Source: Pseudomonadota bacterium (lineage in GTDB: Bacteria > Pseudomonadota > Gammaproteobacteria > Xanthomonadales > Rhodanobacteraceae). Taken from it: DNA of 64,000 bases. The stretch spans positions 2,969-66,968 of the forward strand of contig JAJYTG010000002.1 of the NCBI GenBank assembly GCA_021793195.1, in the 5' to 3' direction. Shown here one piece after another: positions 29,956 to 40,684 of the stretch. A program made the translations under genes and the position numbers. Within the stretch, counting starts at the first letter, position 1; every line of letters starts with the position of its first letter. The notes under the pieces are model-generated. The model was not told the DNA's origin, made no database searches, and was given only the letters and a program-made list of their open reading frames with translations.

Positions 29956-30110
29956 CGTCATCCCGGCGCAGGCCGGGATCCAGGGCTACTGCAAGGTATG
30001 GAAGAGACTGGATGACGTGTGACTCCTGCTGCACGCCGTTCGGGCCATTCGCGACGCGAATGGTCGCTTCGGCGTCCCGCCTGCGCAGTCCGGCTTGCGC
30101 CGGAATGACG
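29956..30110. repeat. Inverted pair of CGTC-tagged REPs, family B
   Basis: CGTCATCCCGGCGCAGGCCGGGATCCAG (29956-29983) and reverse-complement CGTCATTCCGGCGCAAGCCGGAC (30088-30110); internal hairpin CCATTCGCG-A-CGCGAATGG. Confidence 0.8.
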
Positions 30111-30133
30111 AACAAGAACTGGATCAGAACTTC

Positions 30134-31063
30134 CTAGTCCGCCATGCCCTTGGCCTCGGCGGTGGCCAGCAGCTCCGGTTGCGCCTCGTGCGGCCGCTTG
30201 CGCGACAGCAGCGGATGCGCGAACACCGCCGCGAGGATGATCGCGACGCCAAGATAGAAGCGTGGCTCCAGCACGCGCTGCTCGTGCAGCAGCAGGATCG
30301 CCAGCACGATCGCGTAGACCGGTTCGAGGTTGGTGATCAGCTGCATGCTGAAGGCGCTGACGCGGCGCAGCGCCACCAGCGCCAGCGAGAACGGCAGCAG
30401 CGTGCAGGCGAAGGCGAGCAGCGCCAGCAGTACGGCGTCGTGCAGGTCGGGCAGCGGAAATGCCGCGCCCGCATGCGGCAGCAGCGGCGCCAGCAGGGTG
30501 AGAAAGGCGGCACCGGCGCCCAGCTCCAGCGCGGTCACCGCCAGCGGCTCGGCGTGCTCGACGAAGCGCTTGTTGAGCGCGCTGAACACCGCCACGAACA
30601 GCGCCGACAGCACGCCGACCGCCACGCCGAGGCGCATGCCCGACGGTACGCCGTCCACCACCAGCGCCACCCCGGGGATGATCGCCACCGCCAGCAGCAG
30701 CTCGCGCGGATCGAAGCGGCGGCGCACGATCCACGGCTCGACCACGGCCAGGAACACCGGTGCGATGGCGATGCAGGTCGCCGCCACCGAGGCGTTGGCC
30801 AGCTTGATCGCGCCGTAGAACGTCAGCCAGTGCAGCGCCACCAGCACGCCGATTCCGGCGTAGGCCAGGCGCAACCGCACCGACATCGCCGCCAGCGCGC
30901 GCCACACCCGCGGCACCAGCAGCAGTGCGGCGCTGACCAGCAGCATGCGCCACCACACCAGCGGCAGCGCCGCCAGCGTGATGAGTTTTCCGAGGATGGC
31001 GGTGAAGCCCCATAGCAGAACGCAGAAGTGGATCTGCAGGCGGGCCTTGGCGGTGGGCGACAT
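30134..31063 (-). CDS. DMT/EamA-family transporter
   Basis: About 10 TM helices; LWGFTAILGKLI, HWLTFYGAIK, NLEPVYAIVLA. Confidence 0.9.
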   Translation of the reverse strand: MSPTAKARLQIHFCVLLWGFTAILGKLITLAALPLVWWRMLLVSAALLLVPRVWRALAAMSVRLRLAYAGIGVLVALHWLTFYGAIKLANASVAATCIAIAPVFLAVVEPWIVRRRFDPRELLLAVAIIPGVALVVDGVPSGMRLGVAVGVLSALFVAVFSALNKRFVEHAEPLAVTALELGAGAAFLTLLAPLLPHAGAAFPLPDLHDAVLLALLAFACTLLPFSLALVALRRVSAFSMQLITNLEPVYAIVLAILLLHEQRVLEPRFYLGVAIILAAVFAHPLLSRKRPHEAQPELLATAEAKGMAD

Positions 31064-31183
31064 GGTCGATCGGGGTGCGGGGGTTGCCTAGCGTGCGGGC
31101 TTTTGCACCGGCTGGGAAGAGCGCATTGCAGGCGGTTGTGAGCTGCGGGATGATCATGCGGGGAATCAGGGGGAGTGCACGCC

Positions 31184-31873
31184 ATGAATGCGATCGCACC
31201 ATCGTTTCCGCGTGACCGCGCCAAATGGACGTTTTTCGCCGTGCTTGCGGCCTGCGTCCTGCTGGTGATTTACACCGATGAACGTTTCCTGGTGAACCGG
31301 CACGATCCGGAATGGGCGCACATCGCGCCCTTCAAGTGGTGGCTGCTGGTGCACGGACTGGCGGGCGCGACCGCGCTGTTCACCGGAGTCTTCCAATTCT
31401 CGGACACCGTGCGACGCACCCACCTCTCATGGCATCGCTGGACGGGCAGGGTTTACGTCGGAGCTGTTTTCATCGCCGCACCGGTGGCCTGGTACATCGG
31501 CACTCACTTCGAGCAGCCATTGCTCGCCGCCGAGCAGCCGGTGCAGGCAGGAGGCTGGCTGCTGACCACCGCGATGGCCCTGCTCTGCGTGCTGCGCGGC
31601 AACATCCCGGCGCACAAGACGTGGATGATGAAGAGCTACTGCTTCTGCCTGGTCTTCGTCGTCTCGCGCGTGCCGGATGCCTTCAATGTGCACTGGACCG
31701 ATGCGCTGATTTCCAACTTCCTCTGGTATCTGGTGGCCGCCGCCCTGGTCGGCCCCGACATCGTGCTGACCGTGCGCGAGCTGTGGCGCAAGCGGCGGAC
31801 GCCGCGGGCGGCCGCGAGCACGAGCGTGAACGGGTCACATCGGCCGGGCGGGACGGATCGGGCCGCCGGATAG
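31184..31873 (+). CDS. Membrane protein, DUF2306-like
   Basis: GGGAG RBS; LVHGLAG..AL..G.FQF, HRWTGRVYV, AHKTWMMKSY; 5-6 TM helices. Confidence 0.78.
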   Translation: MNAIAPSFPRDRAKWTFFAVLAACVLLVIYTDERFLVNRHDPEWAHIAPFKWWLLVHGLAGATALFTGVFQFSDTVRRTHLSWHRWTGRVYVGAVFIAAPVAWYIGTHFEQPLLAAEQPVQAGGWLLTTAMALLCVLRGNIPAHKTWMMKSYCFCLVFVVSRVPDAFNVHWTDALISNFLWYLVAAALVGPDIVLTVRELWRKRRTPRAAASTSVNGSHRPGGTDRAAG

Positions 31874-32100
31874 CTCGGGCGCCATGCTGCGGCAGCAGAC
31901 CCGCGTGCGGGCACGCTTCGTCAAAGCTTGGGTCGAGGTGCCGATCCGGTTCAAGCCGACGCCGTCACCCGGGCCGGCCCCCATGGCGGTCCGGCCGTAT
32001 TGATCGATCGCTGCGGCACGCCCCCGGATACGGCAACTGCTTATCATGGGGGGAGACCGAAGATCCCCTCTCCGGTCACGTTCGATGCGCGTCCCCGGTG

Positions 32101-33555
32101 ATGAGGCGTCCAACGACACGGCTGTGGTATGTGCGATCGCGCAGGCAAGGGTGGCGCCGGTTTCCACCGAGCCTTCCCGCGGGCGCCGTGCTGATCTGCG
32201 CGCTGCTGGCCGGATGCGTGGCGTCCGGCACGAGGCCCGGCGATTCGACCACGCCGGCGCAGTGGCAGGCCGAGCAGATCACCGCGCTCAATCTGGCGCA
32301 GCAGATCTACGACCAGGCGCAGCAGCAGCCGGGCCTGCTGGCGCAGGACGAGTTCATGCGCCACGCCGGCCACCAGCACAGCGGCGCGGCGTTCACGGTG
32401 ATCTTCGGCCAGTACCAGAACTGGTACGACGGCTTTCTGGGCAGTGACCTGCGGGCGCAACGCAAGTTCTCCATCGCCCAGCCGCTGCCGCCGGATGCCG
32501 CCAGCTCGCCCCTGGTCCGCCCCGGTGCATGGCACGCCGCGCCGGCGCTGGCGGCCATCCCGCGCCTGGCGCGCGGCTACCGCGCCGTATTTCTCAATGA
32601 AGACCACACCAATCCGGAAACACGCTCGCTCACGGTGGCCCTGCTGTCGCGACTTCGCCGCGAGGGCTTCAACACCTTCGCCGCCGAAACGCTGTACGAG
32701 CAAGGCATCGCCGGGCTGCGCCGGCGCGGTCATGTCACCGATGGCACCGGCTTCTACACGCGCGAGCCGGTGTACGCGGAGATGGTGCGTACGGCGCTGC
32801 GGCTTGGCTACCGCGTGATCGCTTACGAGGCAGCGGACAGCGCGCATGCCGGCACGCGCGAAGCCGGCCAGGCCGCCAATCTCTATCGGCGCGCCTTCGC
32901 CGGCCATCCCGATGCGCGACTGGTGGTCAATGCCGGTTTCGCGCACATCGAAAAGCACGGACGCTACCTGGGCGGCGATTCGATGGCCGAGGACTTCATG
33001 CGCCGCACCGGCATCGATCCGCTGGTGATCGAACAGACCATGCTCACCGGCCACTTGCGCCGGTCCTACGACAGTCCGTACTGGCGCGCGGTGATCGATG
33101 CGCTGCATCCGCGGCAGCCGATCGTGTTCCTGGATGCGCGCGGCCGGCCTTGGTCGCTGCTGCCGCGGCGTTACGATGTCAGCGTGTTTTTCCCGCGCGA
33201 GCGCATCGCCGATGGCCGCCCGACCTGGCTCGGCTTGTGGGGCCTGCGCGTGCCGAAGGCGGTGCCGGCAGGGCTATGCAGGGGCCACTATCCCTGTCTG
33301 GTCGAAGCGCGCCCGCCGGGCGAGCCGCGCAAGGCGATTCCGGCTGACCGCGCGCTGCTTCGCTGCGCCGCCGAGCAGCGGGCGCTGTGGCTGCGCCCAG
33401 GTCCCTATGCGTTGATCGCCGTCGACGAAGCCGATCAGGTGGTCGGCCGCATCACGCTGCAGGCGCGCGCGGATACGCCTCTCCCGCGCGGCACACCGGC
33501 CACGGACGACCGCGCGATGGCCTGCCATCCGCTGACGCAGGTGCTCGGCAACTGA
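32101..33555 (+). CDS. Putative lipoprotein with EreA/ChaN/TraB-like hydrolase motifs
   Basis: Lipobox LAGC; VFLNEDH, FAAETL, REAGQAANL, VNAGFAHI. Start uncertain. Confidence 0.65.
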   Translation: MRRPTTRLWYVRSRRQGWRRFPPSLPAGAVLICALLAGCVASGTRPGDSTTPAQWQAEQITALNLAQQIYDQAQQQPGLLAQDEFMRHAGHQHSGAAFTVIFGQYQNWYDGFLGSDLRAQRKFSIAQPLPPDAASSPLVRPGAWHAAPALAAIPRLARGYRAVFLNEDHTNPETRSLTVALLSRLRREGFNTFAAETLYEQGIAGLRRRGHVTDGTGFYTREPVYAEMVRTALRLGYRVIAYEAADSAHAGTREAGQAANLYRRAFAGHPDARLVVNAGFAHIEKHGRYLGGDSMAEDFMRRTGIDPLVIEQTMLTGHLRRSYDSPYWRAVIDALHPRQPIVFLDARGRPWSLLPRRYDVSVFFPRERIADGRPTWLGLWGLRVPKAVPAGLCRGHYPCLVEARPPGEPRKAIPADRALLRCAAEQRALWLRPGPYALIAVDEADQVVGRITLQARADTPLPRGTPATDDRAMACHPLTQVLGN

Positions 33556-33557
33556 CT

Positions 33558-33745
33558 CGTCATCCTGAGCGCAGCGAAGGATCTGCGCAGCGAAGCATCT
33601 GGCCTTCCGGGTCACCGCCGCCGTCATCGAGCCACCGGCCGGCCATGCAGCGAGATGCCCGTCGCCTGTCAGATCCTTCGGCCTGCGGCCTCAGGACGAC
33701 AGCAAGAGAGAAAAGGGCTGTCGCCCTGAGCACAGCGAAGGGTCT
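33558..33745. repeat. Family A REP doublet plus a third degenerate copy
   Basis: CGTCATCCTGAGCGCAGCGAAGGATCT..., inverted partner AGATCCTTCGGCCTGCGGCCTCAGGACGAC (33671-33700), and GTCGCCCTGAGCACAGCGAAGGGTCT (33720-33745). Confidence 0.8.
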
Positions 33746-33769
33746 GGCATGACGAGACGGTCGTCCGCT

Positions 33770-34225
33770 TCAGTACGGTGTGCCGTCGCGATGCGTGTAA
33801 TGCCGCGCGCCGCGCGGCAGGTCGAGATCGATGTCGGGGTAGTGCGCGCCGTCGCCGGCGGGATTGCGCGTGCCCACCTCCAGGATCAGCGCCTCGCGCC
33901 CGCTGCGATTCTGCAGGTGATGCGCGTCCGCCGCGCCGGCCTTGAAGCCGGCGCAGTCGCCGGCACGCAGCAGTTCCTCGCCGGCGTCGGTGACCAGCAC
34001 CACCTCGCCCTCCAGCACGTAGAGAAATTCGTCCTCGGTCTCGTGCCAGTGGCGCTGGCTGGACCACTGACTCGCGGGCAGGTGCAGCAGGTTGACGCCG
34101 AACTGATTCAGGCCGGCGGCGTCGCCCAGCTGCCGGCGGTGCCGATCGCGGCAGGGCTGATCGTAGGGCGCCGGATAGCCGGTGCCGTGCCGGATCGGGG
34201 CGGTGTCGAGGTTGATCCTGGCCAT
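33770..34225 (-). CDS. Cupin-domain protein
   Basis: LGDAAGLNQFGVN, SSQRHWHETEDEFLYVLEGE, HHLQN, HYPDIDL. Confidence 0.88.
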   Translation of the reverse strand: MARINLDTAPIRHGTGYPAPYDQPCRDRHRRQLGDAAGLNQFGVNLLHLPASQWSSQRHWHETEDEFLYVLEGEVVLVTDAGEELLRAGDCAGFKAGAADAHHLQNRSGREALILEVGTRNPAGDGAHYPDIDLDLPRGARHYTHRDGTPY

Positions 34226-34354
34226 GCGCGGGCGCTCGATGTGGAACCGGGGCAAGCGTAGCAAGACCGGCGACGGCTGCGGGATGCGCAATGGCGCTGC
34301 CTGCCAGCAGACCCGCGCGATGATTCGCCTGCGGGATCGCCGCGATCGCCGGGA

Positions 34355-35206
34355 TCAGTACAGGCGCGTCTTGTGGTGCGCGCGCCACCAGGTCTCGGCG
34401 TCGCGTTGCGCCGAGGCCAGCTGCAGCGGGCTCATGGTCGCGCCCAGTGCGGCCATGGCCCGGTCGGTGCAGAGCGCGCCCGTGCCTTTCGGCTGCGATG
34501 CCGCCTTGGCCAGCGCGTCCCAGGTGTAGGCGGCGACCACGTTGCGCGCGATGCCGTGACCGCCCGCGTACATCCCGCCCAGTGTCCGTTGTGCGGGAAC
34601 GAATCCCTGCTCGGCGGCGCGCAGGTACCAGGTCAATGCGCGCGCCGGGTTCGCCGGCACGCCGCGGCCGAACTCGAAGGTCACGCCGAGATTGAACTGC
34701 GCCGGCGCGAAGGCGCGGGCGGCGGCGGCAAACCAGCCCTCGGCCTTGCCATAGCTCTGCGGAACGCCGCGTCCCTGCGCGTACATCACGCCGAGATCGT
34801 TCTCGGCGCCGACGTCGCCCTGCAGCGCGGCGCGGTCGAACCACTGCACGGCCCGGGCATCGTCCTGCGCCACGCCGCGGCCCTGGACATGCATCACGCC
34901 GAGCAGGTGCTGGGCGGCGGGATCACCGTGCGCGGCGTGCAGCCGGATCCAGCGCACGCTGGCCCAGCTGGCCGCGTGCCCGAACAGCTGCATCACGCCA
35001 TGGCCGATTCCATACAGGTTGAGCAGCGCCTGGGTGTCCGACGGGCCGTGCGCGGGCGTCGGGCGCGTCGCTGCGAACGTCGTCGCGTAGGCCGGCTCGA
35101 TGGCGACCGGACACGACGACACGGCCGCATGCGCCGCGATCGGCAGGAGCATGCCGGCGAGGAGGCCCGGCGCAGCGAGCCGGCGTGGATGACGAAGCGG
35201 ATGCAT
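34355..35206 (-). CDS. Secreted Sel1-like repeat protein
   Basis: Signal peptide ..AAHA; four repeats of AQxxLGxxY/HxxGRGVxxD..A..W...AA.QG. Confidence 0.88.
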   Translation of the reverse strand: MHPLRHPRRLAAPGLLAGMLLPIAAHAAVSSCPVAIEPAYATTFAATRPTPAHGPSDTQALLNLYGIGHGVMQLFGHAASWASVRWIRLHAAHGDPAAQHLLGVMHVQGRGVAQDDARAVQWFDRAALQGDVGAENDLGVMYAQGRGVPQSYGKAEGWFAAAARAFAPAQFNLGVTFEFGRGVPANPARALTWYLRAAEQGFVPAQRTLGGMYAGGHGIARNVVAAYTWDALAKAASQPKGTGALCTDRAMAALGATMSPLQLASAQRDAETWWRAHHKTRLY

Positions 35207-35275
35207 TTCAGGGACGGCCCGGCGGCAGGGGCGCGACGATACGGTGTTCGCGTGCCGCGCGAAAGGGCCGCCGGA

Positions 35276-36250
35276 TCAGGGCTTCGCCGCCGGCGTCACG
35301 CGGACCGGCAGCGGCACGTTGCAGACGCTGATGTGGCCGGCCGGCCGCACGAACCAGGATTCGCTGCGGTCGCGGCGTGCCTCGACCAGCGCCGCGAAGG
35401 TGGCCGTGTCGGTGCGCAGCACCTCGAGTCGCGGGCGGTCGGCAAGAGGCAACTCGCTGGCGAGACGCACGTCGAGGATGCGCGTGCGGTGAGCGGGATC
35501 GCGGTAAAAGCCCAGGTCGCCGCCGCCGCGCGGCAGCGCCGCCAGCAGATGCATCCCCGCGACCACGCGGCCGACCACGGTGATGTTGCGATCGAGCTGG
35601 CGCGGCGCCTGGCCGATCACGGCGTAGAGTTCGGCGCCGCTGCCGTTGTCGGGCGGATTGTCACGACCCACGCCGACCATGCCGTAGCAGTGCAGCAGCC
35701 AGGCCGTGTTCGTGCGCGGATCACGGCCGACCGGGAAGCCGTCGACGAAGCCCACCTGGGGCGCATAGACATCGCCATCGGGCAGGCGCGTGAAGTCCAG
35801 CCCGGCGGCGCTGCGCTGGTATTCGTCCGGCATCGCGGCGCGCGCGTCCGCCGGCAGCGGGCGTGCCTTGGAGGGAATGTCCGAATCGGCGTCGCCCCAC
35901 TGGGTGACGAAGTCGTCCTGCACGCGGTTGATGGTCAGGCCGTCGAAGAAATGCGCACGCGCCAGCGCTTCGATGTTGGCGACGTGACGCGGCGCGAAGG
36001 CCGGCGCCAGTTCGATCACCACGCGGCCCTGCGGCAGGGTCATCACCAGCGTTCGGGCCGGATCGAGCGCGCGCCAGTCGGACGGTTTGGAGGCGGCGAG
36101 CACCTGCTGCATCGTGGTGTGCGGTGTTTCGCCCGTGGCCGTGGCCGCCGCCGGGACCGCGCCGGCATGCGCGGCGATCGCAACCAGCGCCAGGCACAGC
36201 GCCGGCGATGCGCGGCGATGCGTGATGGATCGGGAATGCAGGAAGTGCAT
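35276..36250 (-). CDS. Periplasmic cyclophilin-type peptidyl-prolyl isomerase
   Basis: [46 protein letters not shown]; signal peptide. Confidence 0.85.
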   Translation of the reverse strand: MHFLHSRSITHRRASPALCLALVAIAAHAGAVPAAATATGETPHTTMQQVLAASKPSDWRALDPARTLVMTLPQGRVVIELAPAFAPRHVANIEALARAHFFDGLTINRVQDDFVTQWGDADSDIPSKARPLPADARAAMPDEYQRSAAGLDFTRLPDGDVYAPQVGFVDGFPVGRDPRTNTAWLLHCYGMVGVGRDNPPDNGSGAELYAVIGQAPRQLDRNITVVGRVVAGMHLLAALPRGGGDLGFYRDPAHRTRILDVRLASELPLADRPRLEVLRTDTATFAALVEARRDRSESWFVRPAGHISVCNVPLPVRVTPAAKP

Positions 36251-36397
36251 GCGCAGGCTCCGCGGTTGCCGATGCCGCAGGATAGCGCCGGCGCGATCGA
36301 ACGCCGGAGTGCGGCCCCTCTCCCTGGCCCGGAAGGTTGGGCAAGGGGTCGGGGCCAGGCGTTTGACGGGGCTCGCTAGCAAACGATTACCGGTCTC

Positions 36398-39300
36398 TCA
36401 GTCGAACGGCCGGATCACATCCTCGCCCTGCTCCTCGGTGCCGTCGCTGCGGTCGCCGCCGAGGCGGCGCACGATCACGTAGAACACCGGGATCATGAAG
36501 ATGCCGATCAGGGTCGCGCCGAGCATGCCGCCGATCACGCCGGTGCCGATGGCCTGGCGGCTGTTGGCGCCGGCGCCGCTGGAGATCGCCAGCGGCAGCA
36601 CACCGAGCATGAACGACAGCGAGGTCATCAGGATCGGCCGCAGGCGCAGCCGCGCCGCTTCCATCGTCGCCGCGATCAGGCCCTTGCCCTCCTTGAGCTG
36701 CAGCTCGCGCGCGAACTCGATGATCAGGATCGCGTTCTTGGCCGACAGGCCGATGATCGCGATCAGTCCGACCTTGAAGTAGATGTCATCCGACAGCCCG
36801 CGCAGGAAGGTCAGCGCCAGCGAGCCGAACACGCCCAGCGGCACCACCAGCAGTACCGCGACCGGGATCGACCAGCTCTCGTACAGCGCCGCCAGCGCCA
36901 GGAACACCACGATCAGGCTCATGCCGTAGACGATCGGCGCCTGCGCGCCGGAGAGCACTTCCTGCAGCGACTGCCCGGTCCACTCGTAGCTGATGCCCTT
37001 GGGCAGATCGCGGTCGATGATGTTCTGCATCGCCGTCATCGCCTGGCCCGAGCTGACGCCCGGCGCGGCGTTGCCGACGATCTCGATCGACGGATAGCCG
37101 TTGTAGCTGTCGAGCACCGGCGGGCCCATGGTCCACTTGGCCGTGGTCACGGTCGAAAGCGGCACCATCGCGCCACTGCTGCTGCGCACGTAGAAATCGT
37201 GCAAGGCCTGCGGGCTCATGCGGTAGGGCGCATCGGCCTCGAGCAGCACGCGCAGCACGCGGCCACCGTAGTTGAAGTCGTCGGCGTACACCGGCGCCAG
37301 CATCAGCTGCAGGGCGCTGTAGACGTCGGTGACCGAGAGGCCCATCGACGCCGCCTGCACGCGGTCAACGTGCAGTTGCAGCTGCGGCGCATCGGCGAGC
37401 CCGTTGGGACGCACGCTGTCGAGCAGCGGGCTGTGCGCGGCCTTCTGCAGCAGGATGTTCTGCGCGGCGAGCAGTTGCTCGCGACTGAGTCCGGCGCGGT
37501 TTTCCAGCTCCATGTCGAAGCCGCCGAACTGGCTGAGGCCGCGGATCGCCGGCAGGTTGACGACGAAGATCTGCGCGCCCTTGATGCCGTAAAGCGCGCC
37601 GTTGGCCCAGTTGATGAAGGCGCCGATCTGTTCGCCGGGCTTGGTGCGCGCGGCCCACGGCTTGAGGCGGATGAAGGCGAGGCCGACGTTTTCGCCGGAG
37701 CCGATGAAGCTGAATCCGGCGACGTCGACCATGCCCTCGACGGCGGGGTTCTTCAGGATCACGTTCTCCATCTGCTCGAGCACGGCGGAGGTGCGCTGCA
37801 GGGTGGCGCCGGGCGGCAGCTGCACGATGGCGAAGGCGTAGCCCTGGTCCTCTTCGGGCAGGAAGCTGGTCGGCAGCTTCCAGAACAGCACGCCGACCAG
37901 CACGATGATCAAGGCGTAGACGAACATCCAGCGCGGCGTATGCCGGATCGCCGAACGCACGCGATCGAGATAGCGCTGCTGCATGCGTGCGAACCAGCGG
38001 TTGAACCAGCCCAGCGCGCGATTCTCATGATCGACCGGCTTGATCAGGCTGGCGCACAGCGCCGGGGTGAAGCTCAGCGCCATCAGCGCCGAGATGCCCA
38101 TCGAGATGGCGATGGTCAGCGAGAACTGCCGGTAGATCGCGCCGACGCTGCCCGACAGCAGCGCCGCCGGGATGAACACCGCCGCCAGCACCAGGGTGAT
38201 GGCGATGATCGCGCCGGTGATCTGCTGCATCGCGAGGATGGTGGCCTCGCGCGGAGCGAGGCCTTCCTCGGTGATGTGGCGCTCGACGTTTTCCACCACC
38301 ACGATGGCGTCGTCCACCACCAGGCCGATCGCAAGCACCATGCCGAACAGGGTCAGGATGTTGATCGAGAAGCCGGCGATGTAGAGACCCGCGAAAGTGC
38401 CCAGCAGGGCCACCGGCACCACCAGGGTCGGGATCAGCGTGGCGCGCAGGTTCTGCAGGAACAGGTACATCACCAGGAACACCAGCACGATCGCCTCGAA
38501 CAGGGTCTTGACCACCTCGTCGATGGAGATGCTGACGAAGGTCGTGCTGTCGTAGGGCGAGAACCAGGTGATGCCGGTGGGCAGCGTCGATACGATCTGG
38601 TCCATCTTCGCGCGCACCGCGGCGGCAACCGTGAGCGCGTTGGCGCCGGGCAGCAGCTGCAGGCCGATGCCGGCCATCGGCTGGCGGTTGTAGCGCGCCG
38701 CGAAGGCGTAGTTGTAAGGCGCCAGCTCGACACGGGCGACGTCGCCGAGATGCACCGTGGTGCCGTTGCTGTCGGTGCGCAGGATGATGTCGGCGAACTG
38801 CTGCGGCGTGGTGAAGCGGCTCTCGCCGTTGACCGTCGCGGTGATCGCCTGGCCGGCCAGCGAGGGTGCGGCGCCGATCGCTCCGGCGGCGGTCTGCACG
38901 TTCTGCGCGCGCACCGCGGCGAGCACGTCGGTCGCCGACAGGCCGTACCCCTGCAGCTTGCGCGGATCGAGCCAGATGCGCATCGCGTATTCGGAGCCGA
39001 ACTGGTTGGCGCTGCCGATGCCGGGGATGCGCAGGATCGGATCGAGCACCTGCGCCGACAGCATGTTGTTCAGCGCGTAAGCGTCGATCTGCGGATTGCT
39101 CGAGCGCAGCGCGACGACCATCAGGAATCCGGCGTTGGCCTTGTTGACCGTCACGCCGTTGGCGATGACCTCGGCCGGCAGCCGCGGCTCGGCGACGGCG
39201 ACGCGGTTCTGCACCTGCACCGCGGCGATGTCGAGGTTGGTGCCGTTGCGGAACGTTACCGTGATGTTCGAACCGCCGTTGGAGCTCGACGACGAGCTGA

Positions 39301-39532
39301 AGTAGAGCAGGCCGTCGAGCCCGGTCAGCTGCTGCTCGATCACCGAGGTCACGGTGTCCTCGACCACCTGGGCGCTGGCGCCCGGGTAGCTGGTGCTGAT
39401 CTCCACGCTGGGCGGCGCGATCTCGGGATAGGCCTCGACCGGCAGGCGGAAGATCGCGGCGATGCCTGACAGCATGATCAGGATCGCGATCACCCAGGCG
39501 AAGATCGGGCGGTCAATGAAGAAACGAGGCAT
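36398..39532 (-). CDS. RND efflux permease, AcrB/MexB (HAE1) family
   Basis: [46 protein letters not shown]; 1044 aa. Confidence 0.96.
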   Translation of the reverse strand: MPRFFIDRPIFAWVIAILIMLSGIAAIFRLPVEAYPEIAPPSVEISTSYPGASAQVVEDTVTSVIEQQLTGLDGLLYFSSSSSSNGGSNITVTFRNGTNLDIAAVQVQNRVAVAEPRLPAEVIANGVTVNKANAGFLMVVALRSSNPQIDAYALNNMLSAQVLDPILRIPGIGSANQFGSEYAMRIWLDPRKLQGYGLSATDVLAAVRAQNVQTAAGAIGAAPSLAGQAITATVNGESRFTTPQQFADIILRTDSNGTTVHLGDVARVELAPYNYAFAARYNRQPMAGIGLQLLPGANALTVAAAVRAKMDQIVSTLPTGITWFSPYDSTTFVSISIDEVVKTLFEAIVLVFLVMYLFLQNLRATLIPTLVVPVALLGTFAGLYIAGFSINILTLFGMVLAIGLVVDDAIVVVENVERHITEEGLAPREATILAMQQITGAIIAITLVLAAVFIPAALLSGSVGAIYRQFSLTIAISMGISALMALSFTPALCASLIKPVDHENRALGWFNRWFARMQQRYLDRVRSAIRHTPRWMFVYALIIVLVGVLFWKLPTSFLPEEDQGYAFAIVQLPPGATLQRTSAVLEQMENVILKNPAVEGMVDVAGFSFIGSGENVGLAFIRLKPWAARTKPGEQIGAFINWANGALYGIKGAQIFVVNLPAIRGLSQFGGFDMELENRAGLSREQLLAAQNILLQKAAHSPLLDSVRPNGLADAPQLQLHVDRVQAASMGLSVTDVYSALQLMLAPVYADDFNYGGRVLRVLLEADAPYRMSPQALHDFYVRSSSGAMVPLSTVTTAKWTMGPPVLDSYNGYPSIEIVGNAAPGVSSGQAMTAMQNIIDRDLPKGISYEWTGQSLQEVLSGAQAPIVYGMSLIVVFLALAALYESWSIPVAVLLVVPLGVFGSLALTFLRGLSDDIYFKVGLIAIIGLSAKNAILIIEFARELQLKEGKGLIAATMEAARLRLRPILMTSLSFMLGVLPLAISSGAGANSRQAIGTGVIGGMLGATLIGIFMIPVFYVIVRRLGGDRSDGTEEQGEDVIRPFD

Positions 39533-39541
39533 GGCGAGTCC

Positions 39542-40684
39542 TCAGCCCTGGGCCGGCTTGCCGGCGCCGGGCGCGGCGACGCGCGCGGGCGCGCCGGGCT
39601 TGACCTTCTGCACGCCGTCGACGATCACGCGCTGGCCATTGCCGAGGCCGCCCGTGACGATCCAGTCGCTGCCGCGCATGTCGCCCAGTTGTACCGGCCG
39701 CTGCTCGACGATGCCGTGGCCGTTGAGCACGTACACGAAGGCGCCCTTGGGATCGCGCAGCACCGCGGTCTGCGGCAGCAGGAACACGCGATCGAGGGTG
39801 CCGACGTGCAGGCGCACGGTGACGAACAGCCCTGGCAGCAGGCTGCGGTCGGGATTGGGAATCAGCGCGCGCAATTGCACGGCGCCGGTCTGCGGGTCCA
39901 CCGCCATGTCGGAAAAGTCCAGCGTGCCGGGGTGCGCATAGACGCGACCGTCCGGCAGCACCAGTTGCACCGCCGGAGTGCCGCCTGCGGCCGGCTTGAG
40001 CTGGCCGGCCGCCTGCGCTGCGCGCAACTGTTCGACCTCGGAATACGGCTCGCTGAAGTTGGCGTAGATCGGATCGATGCGCTCGACCGTGGTCATCGGC
40101 GTGCCGGCGGTCGCGCTGACCAGCGCGCCGACGGTGACCAGGGCGATGCCGGCGCGGCCGGCGATCGGCGATGTCACCGTGGCGTAGGACAGATTGAGCC
40201 GCGCTGCCTCGACATTGGCAGCAGCCTGCTGCACGGCGGCGGCGCTGCTGCGCGCGGTGGCCTCGGCGACGTCGTAGGTCTGCCGCGCAAGCAACCCGCG
40301 TTGGACCAGATCGGCATAGCGGCGGGCGGTCTGCGCGGCGTTGGCGGCGGTGGCGCGCGCCTGCGCCAGCGCGGCGCGCTGCGCGTCCAGCGCTGCCTGC
40401 AGTGGCGCCGGATCGATGCGGAACAGCACCTGCCCGGCCTTGACGTCGCTGCCCTCGGTATACGCCAGCTGCAGCACGTTGCCGGTGACGCGCGCGTTGA
40501 CCTGTGCGGTCAGCGTCGGCGTCAGCCGGCCGACCAGATCGCGCGTCAGCGGCAGATTCACGGCGTGCGCGGTGACCACCTCCACTTCCGGCGGCGGTGG
40601 CGTGAAGCTGGGCGCCTTGCTGCAGGCCGCCACCAGCAGGATGCCGGCGGCGAGCAGGAGCTGGCGCGGGAGAGAGCGGATCAT
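39542..40684 (-). CDS. RND periplasmic adaptor (AcrA/MexA-like lipoprotein)
   Basis: Lipobox LVAAC, EGSDVKAGQVLFRIDP, SPIAGRAG, VDPQTG.V.LRA..PNP. Confidence 0.93.
   Translation of the reverse strand: MIRSLPRQLLLAAGILLVAACSKAPSFTPPPPEVEVVTAHAVNLPLTRDLVGRLTPTLTAQVNARVTGNVLQLAYTEGSDVKAGQVLFRIDPAPLQAALDAQRAALAQARATAANAAQTARRYADLVQRGLLARQTYDVAEATARSSAAAVQQAAANVEAARLNLSYATVTSPIAGRAGIALVTVGALVSATAGTPMTTVERIDPIYANFSEPYSEVEQLRAAQAAGQLKPAAGGTPAVQLVLPDGRVYAHPGTLDFSDMAVDPQTGAVQLRALIPNPDRSLLPGLFVTVRLHVGTLDRVFLLPQTAVLRDPKGAFVYVLNGHGIVEQRPVQLGDMRGSDWIVTGGLGNGQRVIVDGVQKVKPGAPARVAAPGAGKPAQG

Noticed and set aside
27402-33745. REP copies as a possible CRISPR array
   Set aside because: Copies are dispersed and inverted, with no regular repeat-spacer period and no cas genes.
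36315-36356. CCCCTCTCCC...GGGGTCGGGG tract resembling another palindromic repeat family
   Set aside because: Single, highly degenerate copy with poor pairing; cannot be supported from this window.
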